A DNA stretch of 64,000 nt, taken from NCBI GenBank assembly GCA_002269645.1, contig NIVC01002456.1, positions 1 through 64,000 on the forward strand, given 5' to 3'. Within the stretch, counting starts at the first letter, position 1. Every line of letters begins with the position of its first letter. Of the stretch, positions 12,708-27,800 are shown in pieces. A model generated the notes under the pieces. The model was not told where the DNA came from. It saw only the letters and a list, made by a program, of their open reading frames with translations, and did no database searches. The DNA is from Macrostomum lignano. Taxonomy: Eukaryota. A program made the translations under genes and the position numbers.

Positions 12708-14165
12708 CTTACATGTAATTGTCTGTATGGCATATTGTCTGTCTTACATGTAATTGTCTGTATGGCATATTGTCTGTCTTACATGTAATTGTCTGTATGG
12801 CATATTGTCTGTCTTACATGTAATTGTCTGTATGGCATATTGTCTGTCTTACATGTAATTGTCTGTATGGCATATTGTCTGTCTTACATGTAATTGTCTG
12901 TATGGCATATTGTCTGTCTTACATGTAATTGTCTGTATGGCATATTGTCTGTCTTACATGTAATTGTCTGTATGGCATATTGTCTGTCTTACATGTAATT
13001 GTCTGTATGGCATATTGTCTGTCTTACATGTAATTGTCGGTATGGCATATTGTCTGTCTTACATGTAATTGTCTGTATGGCATATTGTCTGTCTTACATG
13101 TAATTGTCTGTATGGCATATTGTCTGTCTTACATGTAATTGTCTGTATGGCATATTGTCTGTCTTACATGTAATTGTCTGTATGGCATATTGTCTGTCTT
13201 ACATGTAATTGTCTGTATGGCATATTGTCTGCCTTACATGTAATTGTCTGTATGGCATATTGTCTGTCTTACATGTAATTGTCTGTATGGCATATTGTCT
13301 GTCTTACATGTAATTGTCTGTATGGCATATTGTCTGTCTTACATGTAATTGTCTGTATGGCATATTGTCTGTCTTACATGTAATTGTCTGTATGGCATAT
13401 TGTCTGTCTTACATGTAATTGTCTGTATGGCATATTGTCTGCCTTACATGTAATTGTCTGTATGGCATATTGTCTGTCTTACATGTAATAATCTGTATGG
13501 CAATATGCTATACAGGCAGACTGTATGGCATATTGTCTGCCTTACATGTAATTGTCTGTATGGCATATTGTCTGTCTTACATGTAATTGTCTGTATGGCA
13601 TATTGTCTGTCTTACATGTAATTGTCTGTATGGCATATTGTCTGTCTTACATGTAATTGTCTGTATGGCATATTGTCTGTCTTACATGTAATTGTCTGTA
13701 TGGCATATTGTCTGTCTTACATGTAATTGTCTGTATGGCATATTGTCTGTCTTACATGTAATTGTCGGTATGGCATATTGTCTGTCTTACATGTAATTGT
13801 CTGTATGGCATATTGTCTGTCTTACATGTAATTGTCTGTATGGCATATTGTCTGTCTTACATGTAATTGTCTGTATGGCATATTGTCTGTCTTACATGTA
13901 ATTGTCTGTATGGCATATTGTCTGTCTTACATGTAATTGTCTGTATGGCATATTGTCTGTCTTACATGTAATTGTCTGTATGGCATATTGTCTGTCTTAC
14001 ATGTAATTGTCTGTATGGCATATTGTCTGTCTTACATGTAATTGTCTGTATGGCATATTGTCTGTCTTACATGTAATTGTCGGTATGGCATATTGTCTGT
14101 CTTACATGTAATTGTCTGTATGGCATATTGTCTGTCTTACATGTAATTGTCTGTATGGCATATTG
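12708..14165. repeat. 35-bp minisatellite, ~41 highly homogeneous copies
   Basis: Unit gtctgtatggcatattgtctgtcttacatgtaatt. Confidence 0.98.
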
Positions 14166-14596
14166 TCTGGCCGTCTGTCTTACGTGTAATGTCTGTACTT
14201 CATAGTGTCTGCCTCTCTGTCTGTCTGTACATGCATTTCTGCCTGCTTTATTAACGTCTGCATGATCTAGTGTCGCGGTCTGCTTGTGTCTGTACATGTA
14301 TAGTGTCTAGTGTATCATAGTGTCTGTCTGCCTACCTGTACGCGGACAGTACGTGTATCTTAGGAGCTTACCAGTAGATCATAAACAATCTAAATCGTTC
14401 AGAGTCGAATTTTATTTTTTTAAATTGCGATATACACGACTCGTATATACAGTATTAAATTACATTGGAAGCATGCAAGCAATCCAGTTTACCCAACTAA
14501 CGCGATTTCGCTACACAATAAATACAAAATTAGCCTGTATCATAGGCGTGGACTCAATTCACAGTGCGTCATGAATTGCGTTTGTCGAATTCTAGT

Positions 14597-15360
14597 TGTC
14601 TGTCTGCCTGTCTGTCCGTCCGCCTGTCCTGATGTGTCTGTCTGTCTGTCTGTCTGGCCGTCCGTCTGTCTGTCCGTTCGTCTGTCGGTCTGTCTGTCCG
14701 GCTGTCTGTCTGTCTGTCCGCCTGTCCTGCTGTGTCTGTCTGTCTGTCTGTCTGTCTGTCTGGCCGTCCGTCTGTCTGTCTGTCCGGCTGTCTGTCTGTC
14801 TGGCCGGTTGTTTGTCTGTCTGTCTATCTGTCTGTCTGTCTGTCTATCTGTCTGTCTGTCTATCTGTCTGTCTGTCCGTCCGTCTGTCTGTCCGGCTGTC
14901 TGTCTGTCTGTCCGTCCGTCTGTCGGTCTGTCTGTCCGGCTGTCTGTCTGTCTGTCCGTCTGTCGGTCTGTCTGTCCGGCTGTCTGTCTGTCTGTCCGTC
15001 TGTCGGTCTGTCTGTCCGGCTGTCTGTCTGCCTGTCTGTCTGTCTGTCCGCCTGTCCTGCTGTGTCTGTCTGTCTGTCTGTCTGTCTGGCCGTCCGTCTG
15101 TCTGTCTGTCCGGCTGTCTGTCTGTCTGGCCGGTTGTTTGTCTGTCTGTCTATCTGTCTGTCTGTCTGTCTATCTGTCTGTCTGTCTATCTGTCTGTCTG
15201 TCCGTCCGTCTGTCTGTCCGGCTGTCTGTCTGTCTGTCCGTCCGTCTGTCGGTCTGTCTGTCCGGCTGTCTGTCTGTCTGTCCGTCTGTCGGTCTGTCTG
15301 TCCGGCTGTCTGTCTGTCTGTCCGTCTGTCGGTCTGTCTGTCCGGCTGTCTGTCTGCCTG
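14597..15360. repeat. Degenerate (TCTG)n array with an internal 330-bp block duplication
   Basis: The variant marker ccgcctgtcctgc recurs at 14718 and 15048. Confidence 0.9.
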
Positions 15361-15460
15361 TCCATGTGTAACACTGAAGCTACATGAATATAGAAACTGT
15401 AAATATGATTTTAAACCGCTAGTGCAAAAATCGTTTCTGCCGAACCGAATAGCAGCAGTT

Positions 15461-15491
<31 letters not shown>

Positions 15492-15914
15492 CACGCACTA
15501 CAAACCTCTTCCTGCAATGCCTGGATGGAAATGACCCGGATTAACTTACTAGCCCCTAAATCCCTGTTTTGAGTCTCCCAACTGTGCAAAGCTAGTCCCA
15601 CTACTTCCTTTGAAGTGGCCGCTTATCTGAGTGAGCTTGGGGTCTGAACTGAACGAACACAAACAAGCCATCAGAACTGGATTTTAATTCCTAAATATAC
15701 TTCGCGTCTGCCTACATGATCTGCGGTATCTAAGGCGGTTAGTTAACATCCCATATAGTAGAGTAAAATAGCCTTTCTTTGAAAAGCGACTCCAGCTAGC
15801 TAGATAGAGTAGGTTAGCTTAGCTTGCATATATGTTATTATCATATTAGCTTCCTTAATGTGCCTTTTCAATCTCAATTCTTTTGATCCTGAAAGTGTCA
15901 ATTCAGGAGAGAGG

Positions 15915-16235
15915 AGTGGGGGAAGGAATTTTCTATTAGTGTACATTCAGGACAGAAGAGTGGGGGAAGGAATTTCTAATAGTGTACATTCAGGACCGAA
16001 GAGTGGGGAAGGAATTTCTAATAGTGTACATTCAAGACAAGAGGAGTGGGGGAAGGAATTTCTAATAGTGTACATTCAGGACCGAAGAGTGGGGAAGGAA
16101 TTTCTAATAGTGTACATTCAGGACCGAAGAGTGGGGAAGGAATTTCTAATAGTGTACATTCAGGACCGAAGAGTGGGGAAGGAATTTCTAATAGTGTACA
16201 TTCAAGACAAGAGGAGTGGGGGAAGGAATTTTCTA
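15915..16235. repeat. 42-bp minisatellite
   Basis: Unit ggggaaggaatttctaatagtgtacattcaggaccgaagagt. Confidence 0.95.
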
Positions 16236-16719
16236 CTATAGTGTACAATATAAATATGAATAAACAAATCAAATAAAAAACCATTAAGATTGAAATGGCC
16301 CTAAAAGAACTGTCAGAATTGTGTAAGTTTACAGGCGAGCAAGGCTAATAAAAATTATTATATACTCCTTTCTACACCAATCGTTCCACTTATATATTAT
16401 AATAACAAAATAAGCGCTACAACTATTGTAAGCATTGCAACATTACAAAAAACCATTTGTCGCATAAATTTTTTTGTTCTTAAACGAAATAATAAGAAAA
16501 AACAACAAGACAGTTAAACGCCGTAACAGGAGAGCAATTTGAAAGTAACAGAGTAAATTGTACAAAGCATTCTATGGCTGAAAGATGCACTACCAGAGGC
16601 AGAGTACTCGTACACAAGCAAAGAGATCATCGCGTTTATGAACATTGACAGAATAAAAGAGAATTAGCAAGTGTTATTAAAAAAGTACAGTTTTTTCATG
16701 TAGGAGATTAGATGCACAC

Positions 16720-17915
16720 AAGAGATGAGAGAGTAGATGCACACGAGAGATGAGAGAGTGGATGCACACGAGAGATGAGAGAGTAGATTCACACAAGAGA
16801 TAATAGAGTAGATGGAGACAGGAGACGAGAGTAGATGGAGATAGGAGATGACAGTAGATGGAGATAGGAGATTAGAGTAGATGGAGATAGGAGATTAGAG
16901 TAGATGGAGATACGAGACGAGAGTAGATGGAGATAGGAGATGACAGTAGATGGAGATAGGAGATGACAGTAGATGGAGATAGGAGATGACAGTAGATGGA
17001 GATAGGAGATGAGAATAGATGGAGATAGGAGATGACAGTAGATGGAGATAGGAGATGACAGTAGATGGAGATAGGAGATGAGAATAGATGGAGATAGGAG
17101 ATGACAGTAGATGGAGATAGGAGATTAGAGTAGATGGAGATAGGAGATTAGAGTAGATGGAGATACGAGACGAGAGTAGATGGAGATAGGAGATGACAGT
17201 AGATGGAGATAGGATATTAGAGTAGATGGAGATAGGAGATTAGAGTAGATGGAGATAGGAGATTAGAGTAGATGGAGATACGAGACGAGAGTAGATGGAG
17301 ATAGGAGATGACAGTAGATGGAGATAGGAGATGACAGTAGATGGAGATAGGAGATGAGAATAGATGGAGATAGGAGATGACAGTAGATGGAGATAGGAGA
17401 TGAGAATAGATGGAGATAGGAGATGACAGTAGATGGAGATAGGAGATGAGAATAGATGGAGATAGGAGATGACAGTAGATGGAGATAGGAGATGAGAATA
17501 GATGGAGATAGGAGATGACAGTAGATGGAGATAGGAGATGAGAATAGATGGAGATAGGAGATGACAGTAGATGGAGATAGGAGATTAGAGTAGATGGAGA
17601 TAGGAGATTAGAGTAGATGGAGATACGAGACGAGAGTAGATGGAGATAGGAGATGACAGTAGATGGAGATAGGAGATGACAGTAGATGGAGATAGGAGAT
17701 GAGAATAGATGGAGATAGGAGATGACAGTAGATGGAGATAGGAGATGACAGTAGATGGAGATAGGAGATGAGAATAGATGGAGATAGGAGATGACAGTAG
17801 ATGGAGATAGGAGATGAGAATAGATGGAGATAGAAGATGACAGTAGATGGAGATAGGAGATGACAGTAGATGGAGATAGGAGATGAGAATAGATGGAGAT
17901 AGATGACAGTAGATG
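16720..17915. repeat. 23-bp minisatellite
   Basis: Unit gtagatggagataggagatgaca and variants. Confidence 0.97.
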
Positions 17916-18499
17916 ATTAAGCACACATAAGCACAAATTAGGAAGCAGTTTTCAACACGCCAACGCAGGCGAGAATGTCTTGTAAATTTTATACTATGCA
18001 TCACGCAGTTTAAAGTACAAGACGCACTTTGAAAAAAAATTAGTGGCAAAACAAAGCTGTATTCAATATGGTAACAAAACTTTAAACCATGATCCGTGCC
18101 GCACTGCACAGCTTCGAACTAGCATGCATAGAAGATGTGGAAAGCAGAAACGCAACTATAAAATAGTTTGAATAATTTATTTATATACGATACGACAAAT
18201 AATTTAGCGTAAACAACCTTCTCTAAAACAAAGCATTATTGTATTATTTATAATACAACGGAAACGCAAAACCATAAAAAGCGCATGCACAAATAAAATT
18301 GAAAAATATTCTTTTATTGGGAAAAAAATTATGTACTCAAAGGGCATTCAATCCTCTCTTTAAGTATTTGAGATAAGGGACACATTAAATCATCGCTTAG
18401 GCCTTCAGGTAATACGGATGTACGCATTGAAAAACCATTAGATTATTTTATGAGATTTGGAAATGATTACAAATGAACTAGGGAGGAATTAGGAAATGA

Positions 18500-20010
18500 T
18501 TATGGAGGGATTCGGAAGGGATTAAGGAAGGATGCGGAAGGGATTAAGGAAGGATTAGGAAGGGATTAAGGAAGGATCAGGAAGGGATTAAGGAAGGATT
18601 AGAAAGGGATTAAGGAGGAATCAGGAAGGGATTAAGGAGGGATTAGAAAGGGATTGAGGAGGGATTAGAAAGGGATTAAGGAGGAATCAGGAAGGGATTA
18701 AGGAGGGATTAGAAAGGGATTAAGGAGGAATCAGGAAGGGATTAAGGAGGGATTAGAAAGGGATTGAGGAGGGATTAGAAAGGGATTAAGGAGGAATCAG
18801 GAAGGGATTAAGGAGGGATTAGAAAGGGATTAAGGAGGAATCAGGAAGGGATTAAGGAGGGATTAGAAAGGGATTAAGGAGGGATTAGGAAGGGATTAAG
18901 GAAGGATCAGGAAGGGATTAAGGAAGGATTAGAAAGGGATTAAGGAGGAATCAGGAAGGGATTAAGGAGGGATTAGAAAGGGATTGAGGAGGGATTAGAA
19001 AGGGATTAAGGAGGAATCAGGAAGGGATTAAGGAGGGATTAGAAAGGGATTAAGGAGGAATCAGGAAGGGATTAAGGAGGGATTAGAAAGGGATTGAGGA
19101 GGGATTAGAAAGGGATTAAGGAGGAATCAGGAAGGGATTAAGGAGGGATTAGAAAGGGATTAAGGAGGAATCAGGAAGGGATTAAGGAGGGATTAGAAAG
19201 GGATTAAGGAGGGATTAGGAAGGGATTAAGGAAGGATCAGGAAGGGATTAAGGAAGGATTAGAAAGGGATTAAGGAGGAATCAGGAAGGGATTAAGGAGG
19301 GATTAGAAAGGGATTGAGGAGGGATTAGAAAGGGATTAAGGAGGAATCAGGAAGGGATTAAGGAGGGATTAGAAAGGGATTAAGGAGGAATCAGGAAGGG
19401 ATTAAGGAGGGATTAGAAAGGGATTGAGGAGGGATTAGAAAGGGATTAAGGAGGAATCAGGAAGGGATTAAGGAGGGATTAGAAAGGGATTAAGGAGGAA
19501 TCAGGAAGGGATTAAGGAGGGATTAGAAAGGGATTAAGGAGGGATTAGAAAGGGATTAAGGAGGGATTAGAAAGGGATTAAGGAGGAATCAGGAAGGGAT
19601 TAAGGAGGGATTCGGAAGGGATTAAGGAGGGATAAGAATAGGATTAAGGAGGGATCAGGAAGGGATTAAGGAGGGATTAGAAAGGGATTAAGGAGGGATT
19701 AGAAAGGGATTAAGGAGGAATCAGGAAGGTATTAAGGAGGGATTCGGAAGGGATTAAGGAGGGATAAGAATAGGATTAAGGAGGGATCAGGAAGGGATTA
19801 AGGAGGGATTAGAAAGGGATTAAGGAGGAATCAGGAAGGTATTAAGGAGGGATTCGGAAGGGATTAAGGAGGGATAAGAATAGGATTAAGGAGGGATCAG
19901 GAAGGGATTAAGGAGGGATTAGAAAGGGATTAAGGAGGAATCAGGAAGGGATCAAGGAGGGATTAGAAAGGGATTAAGGAGGGATTTGGAAAGGATTAAG
20001 GAGGGATAAG
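18500..20010. repeat. Purine-rich 22-bp minisatellite with a 330-bp higher-order repeat
   Basis: Units like gggattaaggagggattagaaa. The variant gaaggatcag occurs at 18571, 18901 and 19231. Confidence 0.93.
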
Positions 20011-21099
20011 GAAGATATTCGGGAGACTACTAAAGAATTAGGAAGCGCTTAAATACTCGGTCAGCAAGAAGCAGACTACATGGATGCAAACACAGTTAAA
20101 GCAAAACTCATAACCACTAATAATTGCATTATAGCATGCAGTTCATATTAACAAACTACACAAAATCGTTTGTTTTTCAACTTTGAAAGCGGTACAGAGA
20201 TTCGACAGCTAAATTAATTACAACTTTTGGGACAAACCTTTGCAATAATTAAAACCGAAACATATTACAGTTTACAGATCAAACATACAGTTTTGGATCT
20301 TTTAGTGAAATATTATTAGTGCAATAAAACAACTATTATTACTAAGATATAAGACTAGATATTGCAGTTAAAAAGATATAAGATCAGTAAAGTAAACAGT
20401 TATTGCTCAGTAAATCAAGCTTTAATGATTTATTTATAACAAATAGTTAAGAGATAAAAGCAGAGGCGTGCATTCAGAATTCTCTTTGCCGTATGTGCCT
20501 GTATACAAATCGAAATATCTATTTTTGCCTTACTAACAGAAAAAGATTGCCATTAAAAATGAGGTTGCAAACACACAATATTGCAATTTTAATTATAAAG
20601 AGTTTTACTATAGATATAATTGAGGATCAGGTAGAAAAAAGTGACAAAGAGGTCAGGAAAAAAGACTCCTGAAAATTCGAAATAAAATATTTGAGATTAT
20701 TTGTTAATTGTTACAATTTTTAAACCTTGTAAATAAAAAATAATATTAATAAAATAATAATTTGGTCATTGCATACGGTTTACACAAGCTAATTAATCTA
20801 AGAATCTGCTGATTAAAACTGATCATTCTGTTGTCAAAGATATCCAATTCGACCAGGAAAGGTCAAACAAAAGAAAAAATCAATTAGCAATCCAATTTTC
20901 TACAGTAATTGTTAAAAGAAAACATTGTTGCCATTAGTTCGGCTTTCTAAGAATTTCTCCAAGCTTTTTTAAATATTGGCAGATTTTTTTTCTGGAAACC
21001 GTTGACGCGTTTCTTAGAAATTTTTACACCAGTTTTTTATTTTGAGCCTCTTTATAAAACCGTGTTTGTTTCTTAGAAACAGCCTTGGAAACTAACAGG

Positions 21100-21700
21100 A
21101 AAATAACCGACGTTTCCTGGAAACTATCGTAGAGGTTGTTTCTTAGAAAATTGAACCAGGTTCTATAAAACCAAGTTAACTATATCAACATTTCTTGGAA
21201 ACTAAATCGACATCTTAGAAACCATATCAACATTTCTTGGAATCCATATTGACATTTCTTAGAAACTAAATCGAAATTTCTTAAACTATATTAACATTTC
21301 TTAGAAACTATACCAAAATTTCATAGAAACCATATCGATGTTTCTTAGAAACTATATCAACATTTCTTAGAAACCATATCAAAATTTCATTGAAACCATA
21401 TCGATATATCTTAGAAACTATATCAACATTTCTTAGAAACCATATCGACATTTCTTAGAAACCATATCGAAATTTCTTAGAAACCATATCGACATTTCTT
21501 AGAAACCATATCGAAATTTCTTAGAAACCATATTAACATTTCTTAAAAACTATATAAAAATTTCATAGAAACCATATCGATATTTCTTAGAAACTATATT
21601 AACATTTCTGAGAAAATATATAAACGTTTCTTAGAAAGCAACATCGATGTATCTTAGAAAGCATATTAACGCATAACGCAAACAACACTGTTTCTTAGAA
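21100..21700. repeat. Degenerate 22-bp repeat
   Basis: tttcttagaaaccatatcgaca-like units downstream of the kinase gene. Confidence 0.8.
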
Positions 21701-21875
21701 ACTAAACTCATGTTTTAAAAACTATTTATTATCTTAGAATCGATACCGGTGTTTCTGAGAAACGTCTTATCTTAGACCTTTTCCCTAAATTTTTAAATAA
21801 AACACTTTACTAAGTTTCGAAGACAAATAGTTAATCATGCTGTTTAAATTTAAATTTATCATTCTTAGAAAATAT

Positions 21876-24800
21876 CTAAGCCACAGGGTCGGCTCTGGCG
21901 TGGCCGCAGCCAACAATCAGCAGCAGGTCGCAGCTGGCCATCGGGTCGTGCACCGGCCGACGCTCCAGCACCGGGTTGGGCCCGGCAACGCCGACAAATC
22001 GATAAACGTGATCAGGGTCATCAAAACTGTGCAACAGATCCTTATCATTGTTCGCAGTCTTAGTTGGCTCCGAGTCGAAGCAGCGAGCTTGAAAACCGTG
22101 CTTATAAAAGCAGACAACGGCTCGATCTTCTAACGATAGCGCATTCTCGATTGTGAAGCTGAGAGAGACGGCGCCGCCTAGGGATCGACCATTCGCCGGA
22201 TGGAACAGTCGCGCCTGGTTGCTATGGCAAACCAGCACGCTGGACAGGTCCAGCTGGGAAACGCAGGTGGTTTCAACCTGTGCGGAGTTGATTTAAAATT
22301 CTTAAGATAAGTTGAGCAACCCATTAGATACCTGCCTGATACCCATTAGATACCTGTCGGAGATATCAATTAGATACCTGTTTGAGATACCCATTAGATA
22401 CCTGTCGGAGATATCAATTAGATACCTGTTTGAGATACCCATTAGATACCTGTCGGAGATATCAATTAGATACCTGTTTGAGATACCCATTAGATACCTG
22501 CCTGATACCCATTACATACCTGTCGGAGATATCAATTAGATACTTGTTTGAGATACACAGTAGATACCTGTCTGAGATACCTAGCAGATACCTGTCTGAG
22601 ATACCCAGTAGATACCTGTCTGAGATACCTAGCAGATACCTGTCTGAGATACCCAGTATATACCTGTCTGAGATACCCAGTATATACCTGTCTGAGATAC
22701 CCATAAGATACCTGTCTAACATACACATAAGACAGCTGTCCGAGATACCCATCAAACACTGTGATACCCATTAAGTACTCTGTTACTGGTATTACTGTTA
22801 AACAAGCCAAGATGCCATTAGAATTTAGACACCTGTCTGAGATACCTAATAAATACAAGTCCAAGATTCCTTTTAGAATATATTTACCTGACATATCCAT
22901 TAGTTACCTAGATCTAAGATACCTCATTAGTTACCCAGATTTGAAATACCCTATTAGTTACCTAGATGTAAATACCCCGTTAGTTACCTATATCTGAAAT
23001 ACCCCATGAGTTACCTAAATCTGAAATACTCCATTAGTTACCTAGATCTGAAAATACCCCATTAGTTACCTAGATCTGCAACACCCCATTAGTTACCTAG
23101 ATCTGAAAATACCTAGATCTGAAAATACCCCATTTACCTAGATCTGCAATACCCCATTAGTTACCTAGATCTGAAAATACCCCATTAGTTACCTAGATCT
23201 GCAACACCCCATTAGTTAACTAGATCTGCAATACCCCATTAGTTACCTAGATCTGCAATACCCCATTAGTTACCTAGATCTGCAATACCCCATTAGTTAC
23301 CTAGATCTGCAATACCCCATTAGTTACCTAGATCTGCAATACCCGAATCAGAAACCCAGTTAAAGCTACTCAAACAATAATTACCTCCTCATCCAAGCCA
23401 GCTGGGTCAGTGGGCCACAGCTCAACCAGTCCATCCAGCCGATTCAAGTCCAGCAATCGAAACCGAACGCAGGCCTCATTGCGGCCCTGCAGCACACCGA
23501 CGCACACAAACGGCAGTTTATAGCCGCTGCGAACAAATAATTCGAATGTCAACAGAGGCTGAGGCAGATCCGGGCATTGCAGACATTTGTACTCTAGGAA
23601 ATTTCGCCGCCCATTGTCCCATTGTAGTAGGAGAACTGAATCTGGCATTGCGCAGGCCAGCCACCGTTCGGCTGTCTCCGGGTGCTTCCTAGCAGAGACT
23701 CGCATGCAGCCTTTGGTGCGGGGAATCTTTGCCGACGGCGGGTTGTTGGCTAGGCGCATGGCAACCCGGCCTTTCAGCTGAGGAGTTAAGGATTGGGAAT
23801 TGCTTTTGTTTGAGTCTGATTATCTTGAGACTCAGGGTGGTCACTCAAGAGACTCAGGGTGGTCACTCAGAGACTCAGGGTAGTCACTCAGAGACTCAGG
23901 GTGGTCACTAAGAGACTCAGGGTGGTCACTCAGAGACTCAGGCTGATCACTCAGACTCAGAGTGGTCACTCAGAGACTCAGGGTGGTCACTCAAGAGACT
24001 CAGGGTGGTCACTCAGAGACTCAGCCAATAGCTAGCCTTACATTGCAGTAAAGTAGAAACTTTCTATAGGAATAAAAATAGTTTTCAATATATAAATAAA
24101 ATAAATCTGAAAATAGATATTTACTGTGCTAATAGCATAAAATATCATACATTAGATAACTCACTTCCGTCTAACTCTGAACGTTCAATAATTCAGTGAA
24201 GGATTAAAGATTCAAATTTAATTGTTTTCGGAGGTACCCACAGAAGCAAGAGAGAGAGAGGGGAGGAGGGAGAGAGATATGGTATGTTGGGAAAACTCAT
24301 AAACAGCAAAGCATTCAGCGCCAATTCTTGGTCAAAGCTAATATTCGTTTAGCATAAAATTCTCCATATGGAGAGAATTATAGGCTGTTTTAAGCCTTTC
24401 CAAGAAATCGTAGTGGCTCCTTTGGAGCTTCTGTTAGTGACCCCTGAGCGACTCTCTGAGCCCCTGAGTGACTCACTGAGCCTCTGAGTGACTCACTGAG
24501 CCTCTGAGTGACTCACTGAGCCTCTGAGTGACTCACTGAGCCTCTGAGTGACTCACTGAGCCTCTGAGTGACTCACTGAGCCTCTGAGTGACTCACTGAG
24601 CCTCTGAGTGACTCACTGAGCCTCTGAGTGACTCTCTAAGCCCCTGAGCGACTCTCTGAGCCTCTGAGTGATTCCCTGAGCTTTCTGAGTCAGATCTGAG
24701 TGAATCCCATGAGTCTGAGTGACGGAGTCTCAGTGGCTGGGCGATTGGTGTTAGAGTCCCTGAGTGACTGGTGTTAAGAGTCCTGGGTGACTGGTGTCAG

Positions 24801-27800
24801 AGTCCCTGAGTGACTGGTGTTAAGAATCCCTGAGTGACTGGTGTTAGATTCCCTGAGTGACTGGTGTTAGAGTCCCTGAGTGACTGGTGTTACAGTCCCT
24901 GAGTGACTGGTGTCAGAGTTCTGAGTGACTGGTGTTACAGTCCCTGAGTGACTGGTGTTACAGTCCCTGAGTGACTGGTGTCAGAGTCCCTGAGTGACTG
25001 GTGTAACAGATCAATCAAGCCAGAAGCTCCTTACCCGAGACCTGGAATCCGCCGGGAACAATAACGACAAGTCGTGTCTGTACAGTTGCGGGTGGCGGCC
25101 AGACAGAGACACCAGCACGCCTCTATAGACAAACAACCACAGGCAGCGCTGACGAACCAGCAGCACCATAGCCGGAGCAGCTTGTAGACGCTGATTCAAG
25201 CTTAAACTATAAATACCTTCGTTAGCGCCAATCAGCAGTACAGATTCGTTCCGAGGCGACGTCCATTTTGCTACAGCGTTGATTTTTAATGGACAATCAT
25301 CGAATATTTTGCTGAGACCGCTGCCCAGTCTCAGGGGCCGGTGAGGCGGCTGAGCAGCAATCGGATCCGAGCACTGATGCTGATGTAGCAACTGATTGAC
25401 AGCCATAATTTGCGTCGGTAGCTCCTGATTAGGCTCAGATTTTGGCCGGGGTAGCAGCGGAGTTGACGGATGCTGCTGGGTTGGCGTTGATGGCGGCGTT
25501 GGCGGAGCCGGCTCGACCGCTGCGACCGGGTTCTGGAAGGCCGCACAATGAGTGAAACCGCGTATTGTTTTGAAGTACAGTAAGTACTATTAATCAAGTG
25601 TGAATGATTGATTGTCTTACAGAGTTAGTCAAAGTCGATGTGTCGCCGTTGCAACTAGCCAGAATGGTTGGTTGAGTGTCTCTACAAATGCGAAATGCGA
25701 CGTACCGGACTATACTTGAGTGTAGTCAATGGTGATACTCAATAGTGTCCAAAGTGATACTTCAGTAGTCAGAGGTTGTGCTTAACAAATGTCCGAGATG
25801 ATACTCAAAGACTGTCCGAGATGATACTCAGACTGTCCGAGATGATACTCAAACTGTCCGAGATGATACTCAGACTGTCCGATATGATACTCAGACTGTC
25901 CGAGATGATACTCCAAGATTGTCCGAGATGATACTCCAAGACTGTCCGAGATGATACTCAGACTGTCCGAGATGATACTCAGACTGTCCGAGATGATACT
26001 GAGACTGTCCGATATGATACTGAGACTGTCCGATATGATACTAAGACTGTCCGAGATGATACTAGGACTGTCCGAGATGATACTAAGACTGTCCGAGATG
26101 ATGCTCAAAGATTGTCAGAGATGCTATCTAAAGACTGTCCGATATGATACTTGAAGACTGTCCGAGAATATATTTAGACTTCCAAATGTACATGTTACTC
26201 AGAAATTATAAAATGATACTCAAAGGCTATCTAAATTAATATAATACTTAAAAGTCAAGAGAATGCGTTTTCTAAAATAAAATAATGTACAGAATTGTCT
26301 CTACAGCCAGCCAACTCACCCGCAAAACCAGGCTCGCTTGTCGTTGAATTTTCTCTGTCTCAACCTCTGGACAAGCAGTGCGCTGTTGGATGGAAGAGGC
26401 GATGGCTCACTGAATACTCACTTTTCATATCTGTCCTTTAATACTCATCTCGTCTATCGAGTCTCTAACTTCTCATCTAGCCTCACTTCTTATCTCCCCT
26501 ATCATCTCATCTAGCCTCACTTCTTATCGCCCCTATCATCTCATCTAGCCTCACTTCTTATCTCCCCTATCATCTCATCCTGCCTCACTTCTTATCTACC
26601 CTATCATCTCATCTAGCCTCACTTCTTATCTCCCCTATCATCTCATCTAGCCTCACTTCTTATCTCCCCTATCATCTCATCCTGCCTCACTTCTTATCTA
26701 CCCTATCATCTCATCTAGCCTCACTTCTTATCTCCCCTATCATCTCATCTAGCCTCACTTTTTATCTCCCCTATCATCTCATCTAACCCTACTTCGAATC
26801 TTATCTCAACTCACTTGTCATCTCATCTCATTTCCCCTCACTTCTCATCTCATCCCATTTCCCCTCACTTCTCATCTTATTTCCCCTCACTTCTCATCTT
26901 ATCTCCCCTCACTTCTCCTATCCTCACGCTCCTTTGTCTTCAATTTAATTTTCCTTCACACAATCAGCTTACCTCCTTCCTGATCTATGCCAGGTAAGCG
27001 CATGTAATATTACAGCCATAATAAGAAACGTCAAATAATAATACTCTAGCCCGACCTGTCCAATTAAATAATTATAATCCCAAGGGACAGGTGTTGTAAG
27101 ACAAAATTACTCCCATGTCAGAGGAAGACTAGGCTCTCAGCGTAATTAGATGCTAGCACACAAGAAGCATATGTTTAGACATATGCAAGTCAGATAAACA
27201 AGCTCGCAAGTCTTAGGAGAGTGTAACAAACATGACGAAACTAATTGGGCATCCGGATGAGGAACTGGTGCAGACATTGAAAACACAGGCTTGGACACAA
27301 ATCGACACGAGCATATTGTATATTTAGCCCGTTGAGTAGTAGATATGCATTAGGGCTGACTGCTCATTAACTATGGCTGGGTGGGACAGACAGAAGGGGC
27401 CCACCGCTGGAAATGAACTGCTCAGGACTGCGTGCTTGTGAACCACTTGTTATGGGATGGCTGTCTCCCACTTACTGCCTTAATGCTGTAGTATTTGTGC
27501 GTGCCGGTCAGTGAGTCAGTGGGTCAGTGAGTCAGTCAGTGAGTCAGTCAGTGAGTCAGTGGGTCAGTGAGTCAGTTAGTGAGTCAGTGAGTCAGTCAAT
27601 GAGTCAGTGAGTCAGTGAGTCAGTCAGTGAGTCAGTGGGTCAGTGAGTCAGTTAGTGAGTCAGTCAGTGAGTCAGTCAGTCAGTCAGTGAGTCAGTTAGT
27701 GAGTCAGTCAGTGAGTCAGTCAGTGAGTCAGTGAGTCAGTGAGTCAGTTAGTGAGTCAGTCAGTGAGTCAGTCAGTGAGTCAGTGAGTCAGTCAGTGGGT

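Noticed and set aside
18500-20010. Interstitial telomeric repeat
   Set aside because: The motif is GGGATTA-based, not TTAGGG arrays.
26965-27000. U1 snRNA-like CTTACCTGGCA..GATCAGGAAG on the minus strand, or a 12-nt micro-exon
   Set aside because: Similarity is limited to about 25 nt, with no U1 stems or Sm site; it equals a chance donor consensus on the other strand.
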